Made by a program: the position numbers and the translations under genes. From Candidatus Bathyarchaeia archaeon (GTDB lineage Archaea > Thermoproteota > Bathyarchaeia > Bathyarchaeales > Bathycorpusculaceae), in contig JBBFKZ010000004.1 in NCBI GenBank assembly GCA_037481775.1, positions 70,252 through 133,464 of the forward strand: a stretch of 63,213 nt of DNA, written 5' to 3'. A model generated the notes under the pieces. That model had not been told where the DNA came from. It did not search any database and saw nothing but the letters and a program-made list of their open reading frames with translations. Below, piece after piece: positions 37,529 to 46,158 of this stretch. How positions within the stretch are numbered: the first letter of the stretch is position 1; every line of letters starts with the position of its first letter.

Positions 37529-40500
37529 TTAATGGATGTTGATGTAGATTCTTTTGCCGTCCAATTCTGATTCGTGCCATTCCGCTTGGGCTTCGCTGCG
37601 GCTGTGGTGCAAGTAGACTTTCTTGGTGCGCACTAGCTCCGCCATCTCTGCAAGGTAGGGTTTCAGCAGCTGTATGCTCTCGTCGTCTAGCTCGCTGATG
37701 TGCGCCGCGTCAAGGATGTCTGTGGGCTGGTAGCCGAGCTCCTTTCTTAGGGCTTGTACGCGTCGGGCTAGGTCGCGCATTATGCCCTCGCCGAGAAGCC
37801 GATCGTCACGTTGACCGTTTACAAGCACATGGATGTCGTTTTCAGAGGCGGAAACCCAGTTTTCGCCGCCGGCGTACTCTGGGATGTGGCTGGCGTATTC
37901 GGCTGCTTTAACGTTAACAAGCTCTAGGAAGAGCGCTTCGTGCTTTTGCAGGGCGCTGGTGATCTTTTCCGGTGCCGCCACGATTACTTTGCCGAGGGGC
38001 CATCTTCGCTTAAGCTTCGCCTGCTGTCTGGCAGCATAAACCAGCGAGGCGCATTTGAAAAGGGTTTCAAACTCTTCTTCTAAGGTTTTGTCGCGCATTT
38101 TCTCGTCTGGTTCAGGCCAGCATTCGAAGTTTATTGACTCTGGCAGTTTCGCGTCAAGTTTCCTGTAGACTTTCTGATGCAGCGCCTCGCTGAGATGAGG
38201 CGCTACAGGGTTGAAAAGCAGTGTCACAGTCTTCAGTGCGTAATGCAGTACTGCGTAGATTGTCTGCCTCCGCTCGAGGGTTTCAGGGTCATCAGTCCAC
38301 AGTTCCTTCCGTATCATGGGCACGTATAAGCGGCTAAGCGTCTCGATGACAAAATTTTCCAGAATGGCCATGGCAGCGTTGAATTCACATCGCTCCAGCT
38401 TAAGCGTGTATTCAGCTATTGCTTCCTGCAGTTTTGAAAGCATCCATCTGTCCGCAGGCTGCAAAGGCGCCAAGACTCGGTCTATCAGAATTTTATCACC
38501 TACAAGCCTGTAGCGTTCGGGCGTGAACTCGTCGAATAGGGCGTTCTGCAAGAAAAAGCGGCTTAAGTGATAAAGCGTGGACAAAACTTGATAAGGCCGC
38601 TTGCTGAGCTCCTGCAGGTCGAAATTCATGAAGTCTATAGGCGAGCACTTGCGCATCATATAGAAGCGGCAGAGATCCGCGGAATACCTCTCCAGCAGTT
38701 TGCTAGTTTCCACCACGTTGCCGAGGCTTTTGCTCATCTTCCGGCCCTTTGCATCCTGCGTCAATCCTTGGAACAAGAATGCACGGTAGGGCGCTTCGGC
38801 TTTCCCTGTTAGTATGACGTATTCCAGCAGTAGCGAGTTTGCCCAGCCGCGGGTTTGGTCTATACCTTCGGTGAGGAAATCTGTGGGCACAAACTTGGCG
38901 AAGTCCTCGTCCGTGAAACGTGCATACGGTGAGGCGCCGCTGTTATGCCACGTGTCCAAGACGTAGTCTTCTCGGCGCATTATGCCGCCGCACTTTTCGC
39001 ACCTAAACGTGATGCGGTCAACCCATGGCTTGTGAAGTTCAAAGTTTTCTGGAGGCTTCTCCAACGCATCCTTCAGCAGCTCTGCCTTGCTGGCGACTAA
39101 GCGCTTGTGCCCGCATTGCTCGCAGCTCCAAATTGGCAGAGGCGTGCCCCAAACGCGTTCGCGGGAGATACACCATGGCTTGCCCTCTTTGAGGAAGGAG
39201 ATGAAACGGTTTTTTGGCTCTTCAAAGTAATATTCCACTTTCTCGGCGGCTTCAAGCACCTTGCTGTTTATCCTGTCGGTTCGCAGGAAGTACTCTTTTC
39301 GGGCAAGCCAAACCAGCCTGTGATGTGAACGCCAGCACGTGGGATATTCGTGCTTAACCTTTTTCAACGCTATAAACGCATTTCTGTTACGAAGCTCCTC
39401 GACCACTAGGTAGTCAACGTCTCTGGCAAAAACGCCGTTGAACACGCCGGCGTCGCGTGTGAATTTGACTTCGTCGTCGAACGGCGCGAATATGGGTATG
39501 CCGCGTTTCTGTGCAGCCCAGAAGTCTTCTTCGCCGTTTCCAGGCGAAAGGTGAACCACGCCCGTCGCAGTGTTAACGTCAACGAAGTCTTCGCAGATAA
39601 CGGTGTGAACAAGTGTGTGTTTAGCTTCAAGCTCCGCCTGCTTGGGAATTATATCCTTGAGCGGATACTCGTATCGTGTTCCTTCAAGGTGTTTACCGAG
39701 CATGGTCTCGACAACGGTGTATTTCTTTATTTCAAGCTCCTGCATGAGAGGCTCGACACGCGGCTTCACCATAATCCATACTTCGTTGCCGACAGCTACT
39801 TTCGCGTATTCCGCTTCCGGGTGAACCGCCAGCATCGTGTCCGTTACAATCGTAAAGGGCATGGTTGTCCAGATAAGGAAGTACTCGTTTTTGCTGCTTG
39901 CCACTTTGAATTTGAAGTAAAGCGACGGATCTTCAACTTCCTTGTAGCTGCCTTCGTAACCCACCTCGGCGCTGCTCAGCGACGTTTGGCAGCCGGGGCA
40001 GTAAGCCACAACATAGTAGCCTTCCTCGAGAAGGTTTTGCTCCCAAGCGCGCTTAAGATACTGCCATTCCCTTTCGATGTACTCGTCACGGTAGGTCCAG
40101 TAGGCTTTCTCCTGATTTATGAATATGCCCAGGCGCTTATCAGCTTCTAACCATTCACGGTGATAACGCATTATAACCTTCTTGCACTCTTCAACGAACC
40201 GTTCCTCGCCCACACGCTCAAGCAGTTCCCGCTTGTTTCGCACGCCTAGAATCTTTTCAACCTCAAGCTCCACGGGCAAGCCTTGGCAGTCCCATCCCGC
40301 CCAGAAAGGCATGTAGTAGCCCTGCATGCTTTTCCAGCGGTAGCGAATATCTTTTATAACGCGGCCCCTTGCGTGCCCAATATGTGGGATCCCATTCAGC
40401 GTAGGCGGCCCTTCCACGTAGCCCAAAATGCCCGTGTTATCCTTATCACGAAGGCTTTCGAGTTTGGCGCGTATCTGGTTTTTCTCCCAGAACTCACGCA

Positions 40501-40576
40501 CTTCCTTTTCAATCTCCAGCGGGCGATAATCCGCAGTTAAGCCAAGTTCGGAGTCAGCTTTGCTTTTGGCGGTCAC
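37529..40576 (-). CDS. ileS: Isoleucyl-tRNA synthetase
   Basis: EGPP..HIGH, GWDCQGLPVE, WTTMPFT, WCISRER, EGIDQTRGW, KMSKS; GTG 40576 preferred. Confidence 0.96.
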   Translation of the reverse strand: MTAKSKADSELGLTADYRPLEIEKEVREFWEKNQIRAKLESLRDKDNTGILGYVEGPPTLNGIPHIGHARGRVIKDIRYRWKSMQGYYMPFWAGWDCQGLPVELEVEKILGVRNKRELLERVGEERFVEECKKVIMRYHREWLEADKRLGIFINQEKAYWTYRDEYIEREWQYLKRAWEQNLLEEGYYVVAYCPGCQTSLSSAEVGYEGSYKEVEDPSLYFKFKVASSKNEYFLIWTTMPFTIVTDTMLAVHPEAEYAKVAVGNEVWIMVKPRVEPLMQELEIKKYTVVETMLGKHLEGTRYEYPLKDIIPKQAELEAKHTLVHTVICEDFVDVNTATGVVHLSPGNGEEDFWAAQKRGIPIFAPFDDEVKFTRDAGVFNGVFARDVDYLVVEELRNRNAFIALKKVKHEYPTCWRSHHRLVWLARKEYFLRTDRINSKVLEAAEKVEYYFEEPKNRFISFLKEGKPWCISRERVWGTPLPIWSCEQCGHKRLVASKAELLKDALEKPPENFELHKPWVDRITFRCEKCGGIMRREDYVLDTWHNSGASPYARFTDEDFAKFVPTDFLTEGIDQTRGWANSLLLEYVILTGKAEAPYRAFLFQGLTQDAKGRKMSKSLGNVVETSKLLERYSADLCRFYMMRKCSPIDFMNFDLQELSKRPYQVLSTLYHLSRFFLQNALFDEFTPERYRLVGDKILIDRVLAPLQPADRWMLSKLQEAIAEYTLKLERCEFNAAMAILENFVIETLSRLYVPMIRKELWTDDPETLERRQTIYAVLHYALKTVTLLFNPVAPHLSEALHQKVYRKLDAKLPESINFECWPEPDEKMRDKTLEEEFETLFKCASLVYAARQQAKLKRRWPLGKVIVAAPEKITSALQKHEALFLELVNVKAAEYASHIPEYAGGENWVSASENDIHVLVNGQRDDRLLGEGIMRDLARRVQALRKELGYQPTDILDAAHISELDDESIQLLKPYLAEMAELVRTKKVYLHHSRSEAQAEWHESELDGKRIYINIH

Positions 40577-40678
40577 GTTACATCCCAGCACATCCGCAAA
40601 TACAAGAAGATAGTATATAAAAGCATTAGGCTTCATTAGAGGATAGAGAAAGCAATCGCAGAATGGAAAAGTGTTTGC

Positions 40679-41884
40679 ATGCAAAAGTTGCGCTTGGCCG
40701 TTTTTAACACGCAGCCGCCGCACTTGTACTTTGGCGGGGTAGAACGTCGCATTATGGAAACGGCTAAGCTGCTGGGCGATGAAGTGGATATGACGGTTTA
40801 CTGCGGCACAAAAGCAGGCTTAAAGTCGCCTATGCGCTTCGGCGGCGTCACAATTGTTCCATGCTTCTCCACAGACGTAGCTTATCCGTTAGACAACTGG
40901 TTTTTCAACCGAACCATTGCAGGCGCAGTGGACACCATTAAGGCGGATGTCTATGAGGCGCACGCAGTCAGCGGCTACGGGTTCCTGCGGGAGCTTAGAA
41001 AGCGAAAAATGAAGAAGCCGTTTATACAGACAGTTCACGGTGTCCTCGCAGACGAGTACGTGAAGGCGCTTGAGGGCGGCGCAAAGACGCCGAGGGCGAA
41101 GCTGGCGAACTATTTTATGGGGCGGCTCGCGCATATGGAGAAAACCGCTGCTCAAGACGCCACGCTAATAGTAACTGTTAGTAAGTACTCTGCTGAGAAA
41201 ATCGTGCAGTACTACAATGTGGACAGGGCGAAGATAAGGGTAGCATCTAACGGCGTTGACACGCAGAGATTTAGACCAGCCGCAAACCGCGAGAAAATTC
41301 GACAGCAAATAGGCGTAGCCGGCAGGCCATGTGTGCTTTTTGTGGGTAGATTAATCCCAAGGAAAGGCCTCGGCTTCCTAGTTGAAGCAGCTAAGCAGAT
41401 CGTCAAAGACTTCCATGACGCAGTTTTCCTAATTGTGGGCGACGGCCCCATGCGCAGCCAGCTCACGGCGTATCTGCGCGAAATAAATCTCTTAGGCAAC
41501 TTCCGGTTCCTCGGCGACGTAAAGGAGCAGCAGCTTCCGGCGCTATATAATTGCGCGGATGTTTTTGTATTGCCGTCAATTCAGGAAGGCTTAGGCATAG
41601 TGCTACTGGAAGCACAGGCCACCGCGATCCCAGTCATCGCCTTCGACGTGGGCGGCGTGGCCGAGGCAATAAGCGCCGGAGAGACAGGCTTGCTGCTGAA
41701 GCCAAACAGCCGCAGGTTAGCAGACGCGATTCTGAAGCTTCTTTCAGATGCCAGGTTAAGGGCAAAAATGGGCACTAGGGGCCGCAAGTTCGTTTCAGAA
41801 CATTTTTCTTGGCGCAGCTGCGCTGAAAAAATGCTGCAGATTTACCGGGAAGCCTTAGCATTTGACGCCGACGGCTTTCGCTAA
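40679..41884 (+). CDS. GT4 glycosyltransferase
   Basis: GGVE, NGVD, FVGRLIPRKG, EGLGIVLLEAQA. Confidence 0.93.
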   Translation: MQKLRLAVFNTQPPHLYFGGVERRIMETAKLLGDEVDMTVYCGTKAGLKSPMRFGGVTIVPCFSTDVAYPLDNWFFNRTIAGAVDTIKADVYEAHAVSGYGFLRELRKRKMKKPFIQTVHGVLADEYVKALEGGAKTPRAKLANYFMGRLAHMEKTAAQDATLIVTVSKYSAEKIVQYYNVDRAKIRVASNGVDTQRFRPAANREKIRQQIGVAGRPCVLFVGRLIPRKGLGFLVEAAKQIVKDFHDAVFLIVGDGPMRSQLTAYLREINLLGNFRFLGDVKEQQLPALYNCADVFVLPSIQEGLGIVLLEAQATAIPVIAFDVGGVAEAISAGETGLLLKPNSRRLADAILKLLSDARLRAKMGTRGRKFVSEHFSWRSCAEKMLQIYREALAFDADGFR

Positions 41885-42382
41885 GCGCCTAAGGTCGCTG
41901 TCGCTCATCCACTCGGTTTTTAAGTATTCGCAGATGCGCTTGTCACTGAGCCCTAGCCGGCGCGCTTCCTCTACTGTGTAACGGTAAGCCTCGATTTCGG
42001 TGGGTCTGTCGACATAGTTGTAGCGGTTGTCAAAAAGTTCTCTGCCTTCCAGCCACTGCTTAACGTGGCATAGCTCATGGATTATGTCCAAGTAAATGTC
42101 AACTTTGTCGCCTGTGCTTAGATAGCGCTTGTTGATTACGAGATGCCCCGTTTCGCTGTCAACATACATGTATCCGCCGAGCCATGTGAAATCAACCTTT
42201 AGATTGCGGAGAATCTCCTCGGTTTTTTCGCCGAAAAGTCGTTTCACCGCTTCTACCTTCTCGAAGTCCTTAAAGTACTCTGCGAAGTAGCATGTTGAAA
42301 TATTTAGTTGCAACGGCCTGTTTACGGGGAGCTTTCTGAAAAACCGCGTTATCCTAAACACGATGTACTCAAGCCAGTCCAC
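41855..42382 (-). CDS. Hypothetical protein with HExxH metalloprotease-like motif
   Basis: IIHELCHVKQ..RPTEIEAY. Confidence 0.7.
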   Translation of the reverse strand: MDWLEYIVFRITRFFRKLPVNRPLQLNISTCYFAEYFKDFEKVEAVKRLFGEKTEEILRNLKVDFTWLGGYMYVDSETGHLVINKRYLSTGDKVDIYLDIIHELCHVKQWLEGRELFDNRYNYVDRPTEIEAYRYTVEEARRLGLSDKRICEYLKTEWMSDSDLRRLAKAVGVKC

Positions 42383-42397
42383 AGTCGCCTGCCGCTC

Positions 42398-43762
42398 CTA
42401 GCCAAAGGCTGAGAGATACTCAAGTTTCATGCCTCTTTGCACCATCTCCACTGGGTTAGCTACGCATCCGATGCTGGCGTCAATGTTACCGTGCACTGGA
42501 TGGCGCCACATGCTTTCAGGCTTAAGATTAAACTGCAGCGGCACCTCGATTTTTACGCTATATCGCTCCGGCAAATCGCCAAGGAACTGCCCAGCGCGGA
42601 TGGCTGTGCGGAGTGCAGTGTAGCTTTGCAAGAGTTTAGTCGCGGCGAAGGCGCCGACGCCGTGCCACAGGGCAGCACGTTCAGGCGACGCCAGCGCGTA
42701 TAGGAAGAATTGGGGTGAAGAGGGCGTTTCCGTGAAGCTGTAATCCTTAAGCTGATCGCCTTTTACGGTGAATCGGTCTTCAGCCTTCGCTATGCTGACG
42801 TCGTTTGGGTCTATCTCATTTGGGTAAAGCATTGTAGTCTGGTATGTGACGCTAACGTTGTCCAGTTTGGTGCCTTCGAAGTGGATTTTGCCGCGAGCGG
42901 CACGCTTGGAGCCGTAACCCAACTTGGAATGCGGCACAGTTAGCAGCGTTGTCCTGCTCGCCATGCTTCTTCCCATACAACTATATGCTTGGCTTACTGA
43001 CTCGTAGTCCCTGTGCACGCTACTGATTACATAATGTAGCAAGCTATCTTTAGCCTCAGCCTGCAAGGTAGTCAGAGGCATACGCAACGTGTAAAGCGAT
43101 AGATCCATTCCGAAGGTTTGGGATAACTCCTCCATCTGCGCGTACTTCACAGAATCAACGAAGTCCATGTAAGAGCCCGCGGCGCAGTCAAGTTGGCGGC
43201 CTATAAGCTCAACCTCCTGCCTTGAGATCAACGCGCCTTCATATTTGCGCACGAATTCCTTGTCGATTTTAAGCTGGTCTGTTTTGACGTATGCCACGGG
43301 AAAAGCGCTTTGCCCGCTCTCAACAATAGAAGCGCGCAGCGGATTCATAGAGTAGCGGTCAGCTTCTATTTCGTCGGTGTTAAGTAGAAAAGCTATTATC
43401 GGCCCTTCAGAGGGCTTCTTAAGCGCCTCGCATATCTGGTTTATGTCCGCTGCGGTTGGCGTGTGAAGCCCATATTTGGCGAAGTGGTTACCGCATGTTT
43501 CCAACATACGCGCGCCGATGATGCCTTGAACTTCTTCGAGTGTCAGCTGCGGATTTGAGTATTCAACTGAACCGCGCAGGAAAAAGTAACTGCCATCAAA
43601 TGACGCACTAATTTTCTGGCCGTTTCTAAACTTGAATAGTGAAACAGTTTTTGCAGCTTTTTCGTTTCTTAAGCTGTTGAGCTTTTCAACGAGAATTTTT
43701 AAGCAGGGCCAGCAGGTTTTAAGGAAATCTTGCGTGAGTGTGCGGCACAAGTCATTATGCAT
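42398..43762 (-). CDS. Hypothetical protein (454 aa)
   Basis: Long ORF tightly spaced between the GNAT and HExxH genes; no family recognised. Confidence 0.75.
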   Translation of the reverse strand: MHNDLCRTLTQDFLKTCWPCLKILVEKLNSLRNEKAAKTVSLFKFRNGQKISASFDGSYFFLRGSVEYSNPQLTLEEVQGIIGARMLETCGNHFAKYGLHTPTAADINQICEALKKPSEGPIIAFLLNTDEIEADRYSMNPLRASIVESGQSAFPVAYVKTDQLKIDKEFVRKYEGALISRQEVELIGRQLDCAAGSYMDFVDSVKYAQMEELSQTFGMDLSLYTLRMPLTTLQAEAKDSLLHYVISSVHRDYESVSQAYSCMGRSMASRTTLLTVPHSKLGYGSKRAARGKIHFEGTKLDNVSVTYQTTMLYPNEIDPNDVSIAKAEDRFTVKGDQLKDYSFTETPSSPQFFLYALASPERAALWHGVGAFAATKLLQSYTALRTAIRAGQFLGDLPERYSVKIEVPLQFNLKPESMWRHPVHGNIDASIGCVANPVEMVQRGMKLEYLSAFG

Positions 43763-43768
43763 TCAACA

Positions 43769-44611
43769 TCAGCCTCGTTCTAAAGATTCTGCAATGTATA
43801 TGCAGCGTCTATCTGCAACAGGACCTAAAAACATTCGCACTACCCGAAAGTCCTCTCTGAACCCCACGTTGCTCAGCAGATTAAGCAGGGCAGCCTCTTT
43901 TTTGGGTAGGCAGATGGAAACGTCAAGCCCGCTTAACCTGCTTAAAACGGCTTTCAGAAGTTTCTTCGCGGTTTTAACATGGTTTACTGGGCATACGAGC
44001 GGGCCTACTTCAGCCGCTGAGGCAGAAATTTTCGCAGCAACATACCCGGAAATCCCTGCGTTCTCTGGGAGGATGTAGCATAAATTTTCTGCTTTTTGGA
44101 GTATAGCCTCTAGCAGTTTCTGCCTGTTCGCGCCAAGGCATTGGCTGTCAAACTCTATTATTTTTTGAATGTGCTGCTTTTCTGCTTTATGCACCTCGGT
44201 TTCTTCCTGCGGGAAAGTGCCGCCTTTTCCTTGCAAAACCATAAAGTCAATGTCAGGCTTAAAGCCGAAACTCTCGTAAAAACTCGTGAGATGAGGATAA
44301 GCGTAAAGCCCGATGGTTTCTGTACGCTTGCTTTTTAAGTAGGCTATTGCTTGCTGCAGTAGAAGACTGCCGGCGCCCTCTTTTCTATAAGCTTCCTTAA
44401 CTATTAGGTTGCCTATCCATCCGAGACTGCCAAGGCTGATGGTGGTGCATATGCCCAGTCGCTCGGAGCCGCTGAGCAGGACAAAGCAGCCTTCAGGTTC
44501 AAGCTTCAGAATGAATTCAAAATCTTCTATTGTCATGTTCCAGTTCATTGTGTTGGCAAGCTGAACGGCAAAAGAGAAATCAGCCGTGCTCATCTTTTCT
44601 ACGTGCATCAT
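43769..44611 (-). CDS. Two-domain GNAT acetyltransferase (start uncertain)
   Basis: IGNLIVKEAYRKEGAG, FYESFGF, C-terminal VGPL domain. Confidence 0.88.
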   Translation of the reverse strand: MMHVEKMSTADFSFAVQLANTMNWNMTIEDFEFILKLEPEGCFVLLSGSERLGICTTISLGSLGWIGNLIVKEAYRKEGAGSLLLQQAIAYLKSKRTETIGLYAYPHLTSFYESFGFKPDIDFMVLQGKGGTFPQEETEVHKAEKQHIQKIIEFDSQCLGANRQKLLEAILQKAENLCYILPENAGISGYVAAKISASAAEVGPLVCPVNHVKTAKKLLKAVLSRLSGLDVSICLPKKEAALLNLLSNVGFREDFRVVRMFLGPVADRRCIYIAESLERG

Positions 44612-44718
44612 ACATGGGTATTCTTGTGTGTTCTGAGACATAAGCCTACCCACTGGTTTTCTTGATGAAGCTTTGGAGTTGCGTTGTAGGCGGCGCGGCA
44701 CGGCTGGATTCCGATGGC

Positions 44719-44764
44719 TATTCAGATTTTTCTGAATTTTCAGAAAAGGATAAATATTCAGATT
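44719..44764. promoter_or_regulatory. TTCAGA/TCTGAA operator array upstream of AbrB-arsM
   Basis: Half-sites at 44721, 44731 (reverse), 44739 and 44757; overlapping palindromes ATTCAGA-N4-TCTGAAT and TTTTCTGAA-N2-TTCAGAAAA. Confidence 0.6.
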
Positions 44765-44797
44765 CGATTAGCCTAACGCACGCGAGGGAGAAACAAA

Positions 44798-45049
44798 TTG
44801 TCCAGCGAAAAATGCTGCAAAATCGAAGCAATAGTCACAGTAGACGCTAAAGGCCAGATAGTTCTTCCAAAAGATTTGAGGGAGAAGGCAAAACTGGCAC
44901 CGAACGACAAGCTGGCAGTTATAGGCTGCGAATGCAGCGGCGAAATCTGCTGCTTAATCATCGTTAAGGCCGCTACGCTTGGAAACCAAGTAAAACAAGC
45001 GCTAGGGCCAATTCTGCAAGAAGCCTTCAAAGGAGGTGAAGAACATTGA
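44798..45049 (+). CDS. Cys-rich AbrB/MazE-fold DNA-binding protein
   Basis: TVDAKGQIVLPKDLRE AbrB motif; CC, CxC and CC cysteine clusters. Confidence 0.85.
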   Translation: MSSEKCCKIEAIVTVDAKGQIVLPKDLREKAKLAPNDKLAVIGCECSGEICCLIIVKAATLGNQVKQALGPILQEAFKGGEEH

Positions 45050-45861
45050 ACGAAGAGAAAGTAAAACAAGTGGTACGTGAAGCCTATGGTGAAATAGCGA
45101 AGGCGGAAAAGTGCGGTTGCGGCTGCAGCTGCGGTTGCGACTCAAACGTTAGCGAGAACACAGGGTATAGCCCAGAAGAATTAAGCAACATACCCGAAGG
45201 CGCAGACTTGAACCTGGGCTGCGGAAACCCCGTGGCTCTAGCAACCCTCAGAGAGGGCGAAACGGTAGTTGACCTCGGCTCAGGCGCAGGCTTAGACTGC
45301 TTTTTAGCCGCGAAAAAAGTAGGCGAGAAAGGACATGTAATAGGCGTGGACATGACGCCTGAGATGCTCGATAGAGCACGGGAAAACTGCAGGCGAGGCG
45401 GCTACAAAAACGTGGAATTTCGTCTAGGCGAAATAGAAAACTTGCCGATTGCCGACAACACCGCGGACGTGATAATCAGTAACTGCGTGATTAATCTGTC
45501 ACCGAACAAGCAACGAGTGTTCAACGAAGCCTTCCGCGTGCTCAAGCCAGGCGGCCGAATGATAATCTCGGACATGGTTCTGCTGGATGAGTTGCCGGAG
45601 TCGCTGAAGGAGAACATGCAAGCGTACATAGGCTGCGTTGCAGGTGCAGAAATGAAAACCGAATATCTTAAGCTCATAGAAAACGCAGGCTTCAAACAAA
45701 TAGAAATCATTAAAGAAGCACATTTGCCCCTTGAGTTAGTGCTAAGCGACGTAACAGCTAAGGCTATAGCAGAGAAGATAGCAGCATCCAAGGAACATGT
45801 CGTGAAGATAGCTAATTCTGTAGCAAGCGTGACAATTTCGGTGATAAAGCCCAAAAAGTAA
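45046..45861 (+). CDS. arsM: Arsenite methyltransferase
   Basis: N-terminal CGCGCSCGC, LGCGNP, DLGSGAG, SNCVINL, GCVAGA. Confidence 0.94.
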   Translation: MNEEKVKQVVREAYGEIAKAEKCGCGCSCGCDSNVSENTGYSPEELSNIPEGADLNLGCGNPVALATLREGETVVDLGSGAGLDCFLAAKKVGEKGHVIGVDMTPEMLDRARENCRRGGYKNVEFRLGEIENLPIADNTADVIISNCVINLSPNKQRVFNEAFRVLKPGGRMIISDMVLLDELPESLKENMQAYIGCVAGAEMKTEYLKLIENAGFKQIEIIKEAHLPLELVLSDVTAKAIAEKIAASKEHVVKIANSVASVTISVIKPKK

Positions 45862-45899
45862 AACAACCCTCTTTTTTCGGTTATTTCTTGCATAATCCA

Positions 45900-46000
45900 G
45901 GGCAGAAGCAGGAGAACCCTGCCCCATCAAGGAGAAAGGAGAAGGGAGAGGGAGAATGTTTAGAAGGTGGAGCTTTGGGGCAGGATTCTCCAACTCTCGC
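45900..46000 (-). ncRNA. Candidate structured small RNA (16-bp stem, CU-rich loop)
   Basis: 45911-45926 pairs with 45976-45991, fully paired on the minus strand with one G-U; TTTTATATA on the minus strand at ~46021-46029. Confidence 0.45.
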
Positions 46001-46158
46001 ATCCTCATTTATTATGGAATATATAAAAGTTATATGAATCCAAAATCCATTTTTATCATTAAAAATGAATGAAATCATGCATCGCAGTGGATTGAGTTAT
46101 TTGAGGAAAAACCTTTTTTAGGCGATAACCATGAGCAAGCAGCATGGAAGCATAGCGT

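Noticed and set aside
43769-44611. GNAT as ArsN arsinothricin acetyltransferase
   Set aside because: Two-domain architecture and membership of a different operon; adjacency to arsM alone is insufficient.
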